Positions 29,798 through 38,884 of a stretch of 64,000 bases of DNA are shown one piece after another. A model generated the notes under the pieces. It saw only the letters and a program-made list of their open reading frames with translations, did no database searches and was not told the origin of the DNA. A program made the translations under genes and the position numbers. This DNA is from an uncultured Gemmatimonadales bacterium (GTDB lineage Bacteria; Gemmatimonadota; Gemmatimonadetes; Longimicrobiales; Gaopeijiaceae), in contig CAWELD010000010.1 of the NCBI GenBank assembly GCA_963809895.1, positions 768,001-832,000 on the forward strand, written 5' to 3'. Numbering within the stretch: position 1 is the first letter of the stretch; each line of letters starts with the position of its first letter.

Positions 29798-30811
29798 ATG
29801 GAGGACTGGCCCGCAGGCGCGCACGCGAATCCCGAGGCGCTGCGCGCGGAGTTGGACCGGATCGTCGCGTGGGTCGCTGCCCGGAAAGGGAGCACGACCG
29901 GCGAGGGTCCGCCGCCGCCCGAGCCCGATGACCGGTTCCTGCAGCGCCGCCTGCTGGAGTCGCTCCGCCTGCGGTGTCTGAGGCGTTGGGCCGAACCTGG
30001 CGAGCATCGAGACACCGATGCCGTGGCCTGCCTGGACCTGCTGGTGCTCCTGGACCAGCTCGGCCGGGCATCGCTCCCGGAAGACGCCCGGGACCTGGCG
30101 AGTCGACTCGCCGATCCGGACGGTTTCGAGCTTCTGGTCGAGCTCGCCCACGACCTTCGATCGCCGCTGACGTCCATCTCCTTCCTCGCCGAGACCCTGC
30201 GGGGGGGCTTCAGCGGCGATCTCAACGAGCAGCAACGGCATCAGCTCGGACTCATCTATTCGGCGGCCCTGGCGATGCAGTCGGTGGTCACGGACGTCAT
30301 GGACCTGGCACGTCACGGTGCCGACGTCCTGGACGAGGACGTGACGGCGTTCGCCCTGTCCGACGTCTTCGACGGCGTGCGCCGTCTCGTGGAGCCCATC
30401 GCGCAGGTGAAGGGACTGGAGTTGCGAGCCTCGGTACCGGACCACGAGCGGGTGCAGGGGCGTCCCACCGCCCTGAGCCGGGTGATCCTGAACCTGGTCA
30501 CCAACGGCCTCAAGTTCACCGAATCCGGCTACGTGGAGATGGCCGCCACCTGGGTCGGCCACGACGAGGTCGAGATCTCGGTGCGGGACACCGGACGCGG
30601 CATCGACCCCGAGAGCCAGGACGCCATGTTCCAGCCGTTCCGCAAGGCGCGGGATCGGCCGGGGTCCTTCTTTTCGGGGAGTGGGCTGGGACTGTCGGTG
30701 GTGCGGCGCCTCGTGGAGGCCCTGGGCTCGGAGCTGGAGTTCGAGACGCGGCCGGATTGGGGCACGCGGTTCTACTTCCGGATGGCGCTCCGGAGCGTGA
30801 GCCATTACTGA
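29798..30811 (+). CDS. Cytoplasmic sensor histidine kinase
   Basis: LAHDLRSPL, NLVTNGLKFT, DTGRGI, FQPF, GSGLGL; no TM segment visible. Confidence 0.9.
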   Translation: MEDWPAGAHANPEALRAELDRIVAWVAARKGSTTGEGPPPPEPDDRFLQRRLLESLRLRCLRRWAEPGEHRDTDAVACLDLLVLLDQLGRASLPEDARDLASRLADPDGFELLVELAHDLRSPLTSISFLAETLRGGFSGDLNEQQRHQLGLIYSAALAMQSVVTDVMDLARHGADVLDEDVTAFALSDVFDGVRRLVEPIAQVKGLELRASVPDHERVQGRPTALSRVILNLVTNGLKFTESGYVEMAATWVGHDEVEISVRDTGRGIDPESQDAMFQPFRKARDRPGSFFSGSGLGLSVVRRLVEALGSELEFETRPDWGTRFYFRMALRSVSHY

Positions 30812-30862
30812 GGCTCGCATGGGCTTTGCATCGTGACCAGACCGTGTCTGCGGACCGCTTGA

Positions 30863-31027
30863 CGTGCCGCTGGCGCCACAAGTCCTGTAGCGTACGTCCA
30901 ACAAACGTGGGTCCCAGGCGTCAGTTCTCCTTCGTGGCCGGGTTGCTGTGAATCACCTAAGTCCTTGTGATCCATTGCACTTAGGAATATCTTCGAAAAA
31001 TTGCGCCGGATGTGAACGACCCTTGCT
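30863..31027 (+). promoter_or_regulatory. Enhancer pair, IHF-like site and near-canonical sigma-54 promoter of the priming transferase/exosortase operon
   Basis: CGTGCC-N6-GCCACA (30863), TGTAGC-N6-CCAACA (30886), CCTAAGT...ACTTAGG (30956-30985), GTGAACGACCCTTGCT (31012-31027). Confidence 0.6.
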
Positions 31028-31081
31028 GAAAGACGAGGGAGAAGGCATCGTTTACGTCCGATCTCGCCAGCGAGGTTGTTC

Positions 31082-31867
31082 GTGCAGTCAACCGAACCTG
31101 CATCCATCGTCGTGAACCGCACCCGGACGGAGCCGCGCCCGTGGCTTCCGCCCCAGCGGTTCGGTGGCGTAACGTGGGAAGGTCCTGCGGAACCCGTGAA
31201 GAGACCCCTCCGGACCACCCGCGAGATACGCAACGCCTGGTGCCGTGCCCTGAACATCGGCGCGGCCTCGGCTCTGCTGATCCTTTTTTCGCCCGTCATG
31301 TTGCTCGTCGCGCTGGCCGTGAAGCTCACGAGCCGGGGGCCGATCATCTACACGCAGGAGCGCGTGGGCCTCGATCGCAGGCGTGGGCGCGGGGGACGGA
31401 TCCCCCGCAACCGCCGCCGCGACGACATGGGTGGGAAGATCTTCCGTGTCTACAAGTTCCGCACGATGCGGCACGCCGAGGCCGATACCGGCCAGACGTG
31501 GGCCTCGAAGGACGACCCGCGCATCACGCCGGTTGGGCGCCTGCTGCGCGCCTATCGCCTGGACGAGCTGCCCCAGCTCTTCAACGTGCTGAAGGGCGAC
31601 ATGAACGTTGTGGGGCCGCGCCCCGAGCAGCCGGAGATCTTCCAGCAGCTGCGGGCCGAGGTGGAAGGCTACGCCGACCGCCAGCGCGTGCTGCCGGGCA
31701 TCACCGGGTGGGCGCAGGTCAACCATCACTACGATCAGTGCGTCGAGGACGTGAAGAAGAAGCTGGCGCTCGATCTGGACTACATCTCGCGGCGCTCGCC
31801 CCTGGAGGATCTGAAGATCATGACGCGGACTCCTGTGGTCATGGTCCTCAAACAAGGGTCACAGTAG
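31082..31867 (+). CDS. Priming sugar transferase (polyprenyl glycosylphosphotransferase, WcaJ C-terminal type); start 31076 or 31082
   Basis: Single TM; YKFRTM, DDPRITPVG, LDELPQLFNVLKGDM, VGPRPE, PGITGWAQV. Confidence 0.93.
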   Translation: MQSTEPASIVVNRTRTEPRPWLPPQRFGGVTWEGPAEPVKRPLRTTREIRNAWCRALNIGAASALLILFSPVMLLVALAVKLTSRGPIIYTQERVGLDRRRGRGGRIPRNRRRDDMGGKIFRVYKFRTMRHAEADTGQTWASKDDPRITPVGRLLRAYRLDELPQLFNVLKGDMNVVGPRPEQPEIFQQLRAEVEGYADRQRVLPGITGWAQVNHHYDQCVEDVKKKLALDLDYISRRSPLEDLKIMTRTPVVMVLKQGSQ

Positions 31868-31880
31868 GGAAGGGGCTGCC

Positions 31881-32813
31881 GTGCTTGCTTCTCTGCGCGA
31901 TGCGCTGCGAGACCCCCGGAGGTCGGCTCCCCTCGTTGTCGGCGGGCTGGCCTTCGTCGTTCTGTTCTGGGCGCCCATCACGACCCTCGTGCGCGACTGG
32001 CTCCACGATCCCGAGGCGTCACACGGACTCCTTCTGGCACCCATCGCCGTCTGGCTGGCCTGGAAGCGGGGGCTGAGGCCCGACGCCAAGCCGTGGCCTC
32101 TGGCGGGACTGGCGCTGCTGGTGCTGGCGATCCTGCTCCGATTCGCGTCGGGGCTGGCCGCCGAGCTCTTCACCATGCGCATGTCGCTGCTGGGAGCCGT
32201 GGGGGCCGTCATCGTCTTTCTGTGGGGCTTTCGCCAGCTCGGCCGGTGGTGGCTGCCCGCGGCCCTGTTGATCCTCTCGGTGCCGATTCCGGACGTCATC
32301 CTGTCCACCGTGGCGTTCCCGCTTCAACTCCAGGCATCGAAGCTGGGCGCGGCCATGTTGGAGTGGCGTGACGTGCCGGTGCTGCTGTCGGGCAACGTGA
32401 TTCACCTGCCCGGACGGTCCCTGTTCGTCACCGAGGCGTGCAGCGGTCTGCGCTCACTGACGGCTCTGATCGCGCTCGGCCTTCTCATGGGAGGGCTCTG
32501 GCTGCGGCATCCCGTGTCCCGGGTGGCGCTCCTGGCCGTGGCCATTCCGGTGGCCATGGCGCTCAACGGCGTACGCATCTTCCTGACCGGCTTCCTGGTC
32601 TACTTCGTGGATCCGGCGCTGGGGGAGGGTTTCATGCACTACACCGAGGGCTGGGCGCTCTTCCTGGTGGCCTTCCTCATCCTGGGGGGCATGACCTGGG
32701 CGCTGGTCGCCCTGGAGAGCTGGCTGCGGCAACGGAAGCGGCCCGCCCCTCCGGCAGGCGTCGAGACCCCGGATACCTCCACGGAGCCAGCCATGGCGGG
32801 AGGCGCCCTGTGA
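31881..32813 (+). CDS. Exosortase (EpsH family)
   Basis: Multi-TM protein; SHGLL, FPLQL, VTEACSGLRSL (Cys), NGVRIF (Arg), FMHYTEG (His). Confidence 0.93.
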   Translation: MLASLRDALRDPRRSAPLVVGGLAFVVLFWAPITTLVRDWLHDPEASHGLLLAPIAVWLAWKRGLRPDAKPWPLAGLALLVLAILLRFASGLAAELFTMRMSLLGAVGAVIVFLWGFRQLGRWWLPAALLILSVPIPDVILSTVAFPLQLQASKLGAAMLEWRDVPVLLSGNVIHLPGRSLFVTEACSGLRSLTALIALGLLMGGLWLRHPVSRVALLAVAIPVAMALNGVRIFLTGFLVYFVDPALGEGFMHYTEGWALFLVAFLILGGMTWALVALESWLRQRKRPAPPAGVETPDTSTEPAMAGGAL

Positions 32814-33451
32814 TCGCCGCCGTTCGGTGGGCTCCGGCCGCTCTTCTCTCGGTCGGTGCGTTCCTCGTACACGGCCTCGGACCCCAGCAGGAACTGGAGC
32901 TCCGCGAGCCGCTTGATGTAGCCGTGCCACAGCGGTTGGCCGGCATGAGCGGTGAAAATCTCGAGGTCAGCGATGCCGAGGCTCAGGTTGCCGGATTCAC
33001 GGATTACCTGTTCCGCGTCTACGGAGCTCCCGAGAGCGAGGCGGACTGGGCCACGCTCTACGTGGGCTACTACGCTTCGCAGACGCAGGGCCGCACCATC
33101 CACTCGCCCAAGAACTGTTTGCCCGGTGCGGGCTGGGAGCCGCTCACCTCGACGGTTGCGGCGATCCCGGTGGCGGGGCTTGGCACGGTGGAGGTGAACC
33201 GCTACATCCTTCAGCGCAAGGACGAGCGCGCCCTGGTGCTCTACTGGTACCAGGGAAGGGGGCGGGTCGCACACGACGAGTACAAGGTCAAGTGGGACCT
33301 GCTCAGGGATGCAGCGTTGCATCAACGCAGCGATGAGTCGCTTGTACGCATCGTTGTGCCGGTATCGACGAGCGTCGAAGCTGCGTTCGCCCGGGCCCGA
33401 GCCCTGGCTTCTGGAGTTATCCCGGAGCTGGGAAAGGCGCTTCCTCTCTAG
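32810..33451 (+). CDS. epsI: Exosortase-associated EpsI-family protein
   Basis: GTGA overlap with exosortase; LYVGYYASQ, IHSPKNCLPGAGWE, LVLYWYQ, RSDESLVRI. Confidence 0.9.
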   Translation: MIAAVRWAPAALLSVGAFLVHGLGPQQELELREPLDVAVPQRLAGMSGENLEVSDAEAQVAGFTDYLFRVYGAPESEADWATLYVGYYASQTQGRTIHSPKNCLPGAGWEPLTSTVAAIPVAGLGTVEVNRYILQRKDERALVLYWYQGRGRVAHDEYKVKWDLLRDAALHQRSDESLVRIVVPVSTSVEAAFARARALASGVIPELGKALPL

Positions 33452-33462
33452 GAGAACGGACT

Positions 33463-33972
33463 GTGGCCAAGGTCGTCGTCGAGGGACGGACATCGAAAAC
33501 GGATCGGATCTTGCACGATCATGATCTCACCAGACCCGCAGGCCGGTTTGTGGCCTGGGCAGGCGTGGTTTACGCCGTTGCCATCGTGGTGGATGTCGCG
33601 ATCCTGTGGTTTGGGCAGAATCAGGATTCGGTCCAGTTCGAGTTCGTGGCACTGAGCCGGACGGCCGAAGCGTTTCCGCGGTTCATTCTCGCGACGGCGC
33701 TGATCTACGCGGGCCTGGGGATCCTGAAGTCGGCATCGCTGGCGGTCTACCGCCTGCTGTCGGCATGGGTCCTGGCTCTCGGGGTGGCGGCATTGGCCGT
33801 CGTCGGCCTGACCGTCCTGAACTATTTGACAATGGCAAGCACCGTCACGCCGGAAGCGAAGCAGCTGTTCCGGTCGGCGGTGGTGAAGACTGGGGGCCTC
33901 GGGGCCCTCTACGTGTTGTTTCTCATTCCCCTGGGCATCCTCGGCTTCCGGACGCGGAGGCGATTGGGGTGA
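33463..33972 (+). CDS. Four-helix membrane protein, possibly HpsJ-like
   Basis: AGGAG RBS; four hydrophobic segments; lies between epsI and the PEP-CTERM gene. Confidence 0.75.
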   Translation: MAKVVVEGRTSKTDRILHDHDLTRPAGRFVAWAGVVYAVAIVVDVAILWFGQNQDSVQFEFVALSRTAEAFPRFILATALIYAGLGILKSASLAVYRLLSAWVLALGVAALAVVGLTVLNYLTMASTVTPEAKQLFRSAVVKTGGLGALYVLFLIPLGILGFRTRRRLG

Positions 33973-34071
33973 GCGTATCGGCGGTTCGCGCTCCCAGGGA
34001 ATCGTGGCGGTAGGTGCGGGACATGCATCGCTCCGCCGTTCCTCTTCATTCTCGCAAAGGAGGGTAGCACA

Positions 34072-34680
34072 GTGCTACGAAGAACCTTGTTTACCGGCCT
34101 CGCGCTGACCGGATTGGCCATGGGCCTCTCCGTGCAGCCCGCGCAGGCCTCGGAGGAGCTGACATCGAGTATGTTGGCTACCTGCGTTGGCGCAGGTGGC
34201 TCATGCGACATGGTCGACTTCGTCCTGAACGTGGCCGGCCCGACCGATCTCTACGTGGAGAAGGTCAGCATCTTCGGGCTGGACCCGATCTGGAAGTTTG
34301 GCAACGTGGACAGCGTCTGGTCGAACGGATCTCTCGCTTCGTGGGTTCAGAGCTCGAACTACGATGCATTGACCCTGACGATCTCGAACGGTGCGCCGTT
34401 CGATCTGACTCCCATCCGGATTCGGGTGGGCATGACCCAGTATGGCAATGCGAGCCAATTCGCGGCCATGGCCTACACGGCCAACGGGTATGAGAAGGCG
34501 AACCCGACCCCGACGGAGATCCAGAATGGCTCCGCGGGCTTCTTCAGCACCTCGGGCACGGTTACGCCCGAGCCGGTGACCACCCTGCTACTGGGGACCG
34601 GTCTCGCCGGACTTGCGGGCGTCGCCCGTAGAAAGAAGAAGCAGGGTATCGTCGAGGACGAAGAGGATGCTGTTGCCTGA
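34072..34680 (+). CDS. PEP-CTERM sorting domain-containing protein
   Basis: AAGGAGG RBS; signal peptide ending AQA; C-terminal VTPEP, TM helix, RRKKK. Confidence 0.93.
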   Translation: MLRRTLFTGLALTGLAMGLSVQPAQASEELTSSMLATCVGAGGSCDMVDFVLNVAGPTDLYVEKVSIFGLDPIWKFGNVDSVWSNGSLASWVQSSNYDALTLTISNGAPFDLTPIRIRVGMTQYGNASQFAAMAYTANGYEKANPTPTEIQNGSAGFFSTSGTVTPEPVTTLLLGTGLAGLAGVARRKKKQGIVEDEEDAVA

Positions 34681-34732
34681 CGAGTAGGCTGCAGGAACGG
34701 CGGGCGCGCAGCACCCCAGCTTCGTCCCGCGC

Positions 34733-34772
34733 CAAAGGGGGGTCCACTCACCGCCGGAGTGGGCCCCCTTTC
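34733..34772 (+). terminator. Intrinsic terminator after the PEP-CTERM gene
   Basis: AAAGGGGGGTCCACTC...GAGTGGGCCCCCTTTC stem-loop. Confidence 0.65.
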
Positions 34773-34861
34773 GGTATGTGATCGAGTATCTTTCCTGAAC
34801 GGGCGCGGCGCCCCATTGTGCCGCGCAGGAACTACCGCCCCCCTTCGTGCTCCGGAGCCGT

Positions 34862-36040
34862 ATGTCGTCCTCGACCACACCGGGCAATCTGCTCTGCGTG
34901 GCCAACTTCCCCGCTGGGACCGGCTTCGCGTGGGACTTCATCGAGAGCCTCTACGCGGGATTGGCGGAGAGGCTGGAACCGCGGGGCGTTCGCACGTGGG
35001 TGGCCTATCCCAGGGTCGATCAGGCGCCCCACACCCTGGAAGGGAGCGCGGCGGAGCCTGTTGAGCACGCCTGGTCGCTCACGACGGCGGTAGATCGCTC
35101 CGCCGCCCGCGACCTGGTGCGGAGGCTCGGGGTGAGCGCCCTCTACCTGTCCGATCGTGCCGTGTGGAGCCCAGGATACTCCGTGCTCCGGCGAGAGGGC
35201 GTGCGTACCGTCGTGGTGCACGACCACACCTCGGGACTGCGCACCCGCCCCCAGGGCGTGAAGCGTCTGATCAAGGATACGCGCCATCGGCTCGTGCCCG
35301 GCGGCATGGCGGACCGCGTCCTGGCGGTCAGCGACTTCGTGGCGCTGCGCAAGGTGGAGGTGGATCTGGTCCCCGCCCGGCGGGTCACGCGGATCTGGAA
35401 CTCGGTCGATGTCCCGGAGCGTGTGCCCGACGATGGGGAACGCGGGCGGATACGCGGTCGCTTCGGCTTGTCTACGACGCGTCCGCTGGTCATCTGTGTG
35501 GGTCGCGCCGCCCGTGAGAAAGGGATCCACCACCTTTTTCGGGCCTTCGACGCCCTGCTGGACGAGGCCGAGTTCGCGGCCGAGGAAGCCCGACCGGTGC
35601 TGTTGTATCTCGGCGATGGCCCTGCCATGCGAGAGATCCGCGCCCTGCGCCATGAGCTCGCCCACGTCGAAGACATCCGCCTCGGGGGGTACGTCGAGGG
35701 TGCGGCCGAGATCGTAGGGGCTGCGGATCTGGCGGTGGTGCCCTCTACCTGGGCCGAGGCATTCGGCCTGGCAGCGCTGGAGCCTCTGAGCCGCGGCGTG
35801 CCGGTGGTGGCCTCGAACGTCGGTGGACTGCCGGAGGTCGTGCGCCACGGCGTCGACGGTCTCCTGGTACCGCCCGGCGACGAAGTCGCCCTGGCACGAG
35901 CCTTGTACAAGCTGCTCCTGGACCCGGAGCTTCGGCAGGAGATGGGCGCTCGTGGACGTGAGCGTGCCCAGTCCGAGTTTTCTCGCCGGGTCCAGCTCGA
36001 TCATCTGGAGGAGGTCTTCGTCAGCGAGATGTTCGGATGA
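34862..36040 (+). CDS. Glycosyltransferase family 4
   Basis: VGRAAREKG, EAFGLAALE (EX7E), VASNVGGLPEVV. Confidence 0.9.
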   Translation: MSSSTTPGNLLCVANFPAGTGFAWDFIESLYAGLAERLEPRGVRTWVAYPRVDQAPHTLEGSAAEPVEHAWSLTTAVDRSAARDLVRRLGVSALYLSDRAVWSPGYSVLRREGVRTVVVHDHTSGLRTRPQGVKRLIKDTRHRLVPGGMADRVLAVSDFVALRKVEVDLVPARRVTRIWNSVDVPERVPDDGERGRIRGRFGLSTTRPLVICVGRAAREKGIHHLFRAFDALLDEAEFAAEEARPVLLYLGDGPAMREIRALRHELAHVEDIRLGGYVEGAAEIVGAADLAVVPSTWAEAFGLAALEPLSRGVPVVASNVGGLPEVVRHGVDGLLVPPGDEVALARALYKLLLDPELRQEMGARGRERAQSEFSRRVQLDHLEEVFVSEMFG

Positions 36041-37020
36041 CCGTGGTGCCTGTGAGAAAGCCCGATCCCTCGCTGGAGCGTCCCTATCGCACACTCTTCG
36101 TCGTGGGCTCGCCACGGAGCGGAACGACCTGGCTGCAGCTCCTGCTGGACCAGAGTCCCAGGGTGGCCACCGCGCCGGAGACGCAGATCTTCGCGTACTA
36201 CCTCGATCACTTCCGCAAGCAGTGGATCGAAGAGCACGAGGGCGTCGGTGCCAGACTCCAGGGCCGTGCGGGCCTGAGCCGTCTGCTGTCGGACGAGGAG
36301 TTCCTGGGGCTGTGCGGTCGCACTGCCCGCGAGGTGCTCGACCGTATCGCCGCAGACAACCCGGCCGCGTCCGTGGTGGTGGAAAAGAGCCCTCGTCACG
36401 CGGTCTTGGTGGAATGGATCCTCAGCATCTTTCCCGACGCTTGGATCTTGCACGTGGTTCGCGATCCTCGGGACGCGGCCGCCTCGATGGTCAAGGCGGG
36501 ATGGAGCTGGGGAGCGGCGTGGGCGCCCCGGAATCCCATCGATGCCGGGCGCCTCTGGCTCAAGCACGTCAATGCGGCGCGGGCCGCTCGTGACTTGACC
36601 CCCAACTACCGCGAGATCAGGTACGAGGACCTCCGGGCCGACACGGCGCCGGAGCTGCAGAGCCTGCTTCGCTGGCTCGGGCTGCCCGCAGACGACGAGT
36701 TCGTGGCGGAAGCGATCCGGAACTGTGATCTGAAGCGCCTGCGCAAGGATGCCGATGGTGCAGACCTGCCCGTGCCCGGGAAGAGATCTCCCAAGGGATT
36801 CTTCGGGAAGGGCTCGGTGGGTGGATGGCGCGAGACCCTCGGGGCCCGCGGCGGACGTCTCGTGGAGTCCGTGTGTTACGACACCATGATCTCCTGTGGC
36901 TACCAGCCCGAGCAGGTGCGCAACGGACGACCCACCACCCGGATCGTCCTCCACGATGCGGTCCGTCGAATTCGGGAGTCCATAGATTGGCAGCTTCAGC
37001 GGTTGCTCTTCCGCCTGTGA
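36037..37020 (+). CDS. Sulfotransferase (PAPS-dependent, Sulfotransfer_3-like)
   Basis: GSPRSGTTWL 5'-PSB, VEKSP, VRDPRDAAAS 3'-PB, IRYEDL. Confidence 0.9.
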   Translation: MTVVPVRKPDPSLERPYRTLFVVGSPRSGTTWLQLLLDQSPRVATAPETQIFAYYLDHFRKQWIEEHEGVGARLQGRAGLSRLLSDEEFLGLCGRTAREVLDRIAADNPAASVVVEKSPRHAVLVEWILSIFPDAWILHVVRDPRDAAASMVKAGWSWGAAWAPRNPIDAGRLWLKHVNAARAARDLTPNYREIRYEDLRADTAPELQSLLRWLGLPADDEFVAEAIRNCDLKRLRKDADGADLPVPGKRSPKGFFGKGSVGGWRETLGARGGRLVESVCYDTMISCGYQPEQVRNGRPTTRIVLHDAVRRIRESIDWQLQRLLFRL

Positions 37021-37640
37021 TCCCCGATTACCTTTATTACAGGCTCCAACCACGCTGGGCCCGGTTCTGGACCCGTTACCTGGCGCGTGCCGTGCTGGTC
37101 CACATCAACAAGACCGGCGGCACCAGCGTCGAGAAGGCCCTGGGGATGCCGTTCCAGCACCGCACGGCGCTCGAGTTCATCGAGCTCATGGGCCCGCGGC
37201 GATGGGAAGACACCTTCACCTTCACCTTCGTCCGAAATCCCTGGGACAAGGTCGCCTCGCACTATCGCTATCGTATCAAGACGAACCAGACGGGACTCGG
37301 GGTGGATCCGATTTCCTTCACCGACTGGGTGCGCAGGGCCTATGGTGACCGTGACCCGCGCTACTTCGACCAGCCCAGGATGTTCATGCCGCAGAGCCGC
37401 TGGGTGTGCGACGAGGATGGGGCGCTGCTGGTGGACTTCGTGGGACGCTTCGAGCAGTTGGAGGACGACTTCGCGGAGGTCTGCCGAAGGCTGGGGCGGC
37501 GGGCCGAGTTGCCGCACCTGAAATCGTCCTCGGCGGGTAGGGACTACCGCGACTTGTACGACGCTGAGAGTGTCGAGATCGTCCGGGACCGGTTCGCCGA
37601 GGACCTGGAGCGCTTCGGATACAGCTTCGAGCAAGCATGA
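37017..37640 (+). CDS. Sulfotransferase family 2
   Basis: GTGA overlap; VHINKTGGTS, FVRNPWDKVAS, VGRFEQLEDDF, DLERFGYSF. Confidence 0.9.
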   Translation: MIPDYLYYRLQPRWARFWTRYLARAVLVHINKTGGTSVEKALGMPFQHRTALEFIELMGPRRWEDTFTFTFVRNPWDKVASHYRYRIKTNQTGLGVDPISFTDWVRRAYGDRDPRYFDQPRMFMPQSRWVCDEDGALLVDFVGRFEQLEDDFAEVCRRLGRRAELPHLKSSSAGRDYRDLYDAESVEIVRDRFAEDLERFGYSFEQA

Positions 37641-38884
37641 AGATCTTCGTGTTCGTCGAGATCTACCCGATCCCGTTCAAGCCCTACTACGACGCGCAGT
37701 TCGCCAAGCTGCTCGAGGCGGGCCACGACCTCACGATCTTCGCGTATTCGTCACGACGGAGGGCGTTGAGCGAGAAGGTGCGGGAATGGAGGTTGGACGA
37801 GAGGACGCGGCGGTACCCTTCGACCTTTAGAGACATCGGTGGGAGCCTGACGCCGATCCTTACCAACCTGCTGAGCCGTCCGGTCCTCGCCGGTCGAGCC
37901 GCACTCGCGGCATTCACCACGCCCGGGTCGCTGAAGCATCGGATCGTTCGCGCCGCGCGCGCGGCGGCCGTCTCGGAGGGCCGCCCCGATCTCTGCCTGG
38001 TTCACAGCGCCACGGCGGCGATCAACTTCTGGTGGCTGAAGCGCGCGTTCCCCGACGTCCCCGTGGCCATGTACTACCACGGGGGCGAGGTGCCGAACGT
38101 GGCTCCGTTGGATGACGAGGTGGTGGCGAGGGCCTTCCGCGGTGCGGACGCCGTGTTCACGAACACGCGTTTTTCGCGCGACCACGCGATCTCGCGGGGT
38201 GTGCCCTCGGAACTCATCCAGATCCTCAAGGTCGGCTTCGACCTGGACGACTTCCGGCCGCCCGAGGTGCGGAGCTATCGGCGCGACGGTATTCTGCGGC
38301 TCCTGTCGGCCGGCCGCATGAGCGAAGAAAAGGGATTCATCTACGCCCTGCAGGCCGTCGAACGCCTTGTCGAGCGCGGCATGGACCGGGTCCACTATTC
38401 GCTCACGGGCGAGGGCTATTCCCGTCCGCAGCTCGAACGCTACGTGGAGGAGCACGGTCTGGAGCCCTACGTGACCTTTCTGGGCACCATCTCGACCGGC
38501 GATCTCCACCGAGCGATGGCCGACACCGATGTGCTGCTCCTGCCGAGCATCCAGGTGGGCAACTGGGTCGAGAACCAGGCGTGTGCCGTCCAGGAGGCCA
38601 TGCTCTGGAAGGGGCTCGTGGTCGTGAGCCGCACGGGAGGCGTGCCCGAGTGCGTGGCTCCCGAGCTGCAGCGTTTCGTGGTCGGCGAGAAGGACGTCGA
38701 GGGGCTCACGGACGCCCTGGCGGCCATCTACGAGATGGATGACGAAGATCTCGCCCGTCTCGGTGAACGGGGGCGGGCCTTCGTGCTGGAGAACTTCGAC
38801 CTGGACCGGCTCAATCCGGAATTGCTGTCGGCCACTGTGGAGGCCGCCGGTCACGCCACGACGCGGTCTCGCAGCCAGGTGTAG
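37637..38884 (+). CDS. Glycosyltransferase family 4 (WcaL-like)
   Basis: AGRMSEEKG, ENQACAVQEAM, GGVPE. Confidence 0.88.
   Translation: MKIFVFVEIYPIPFKPYYDAQFAKLLEAGHDLTIFAYSSRRRALSEKVREWRLDERTRRYPSTFRDIGGSLTPILTNLLSRPVLAGRAALAAFTTPGSLKHRIVRAARAAAVSEGRPDLCLVHSATAAINFWWLKRAFPDVPVAMYYHGGEVPNVAPLDDEVVARAFRGADAVFTNTRFSRDHAISRGVPSELIQILKVGFDLDDFRPPEVRSYRRDGILRLLSAGRMSEEKGFIYALQAVERLVERGMDRVHYSLTGEGYSRPQLERYVEEHGLEPYVTFLGTISTGDLHRAMADTDVLLLPSIQVGNWVENQACAVQEAMLWKGLVVVSRTGGVPECVAPELQRFVVGEKDVEGLTDALAAIYEMDDEDLARLGERGRAFVLENFDLDRLNPELLSATVEAAGHATTRSRSQV

Noticed and set aside
1383..30904. Very long antisense ORFs (1383-3812, 5098-7470, 14605-17229, 17775-20033, 28079-30904)
   Set aside because: Shadow frames of real genes caused by high-GC codon bias; no motifs
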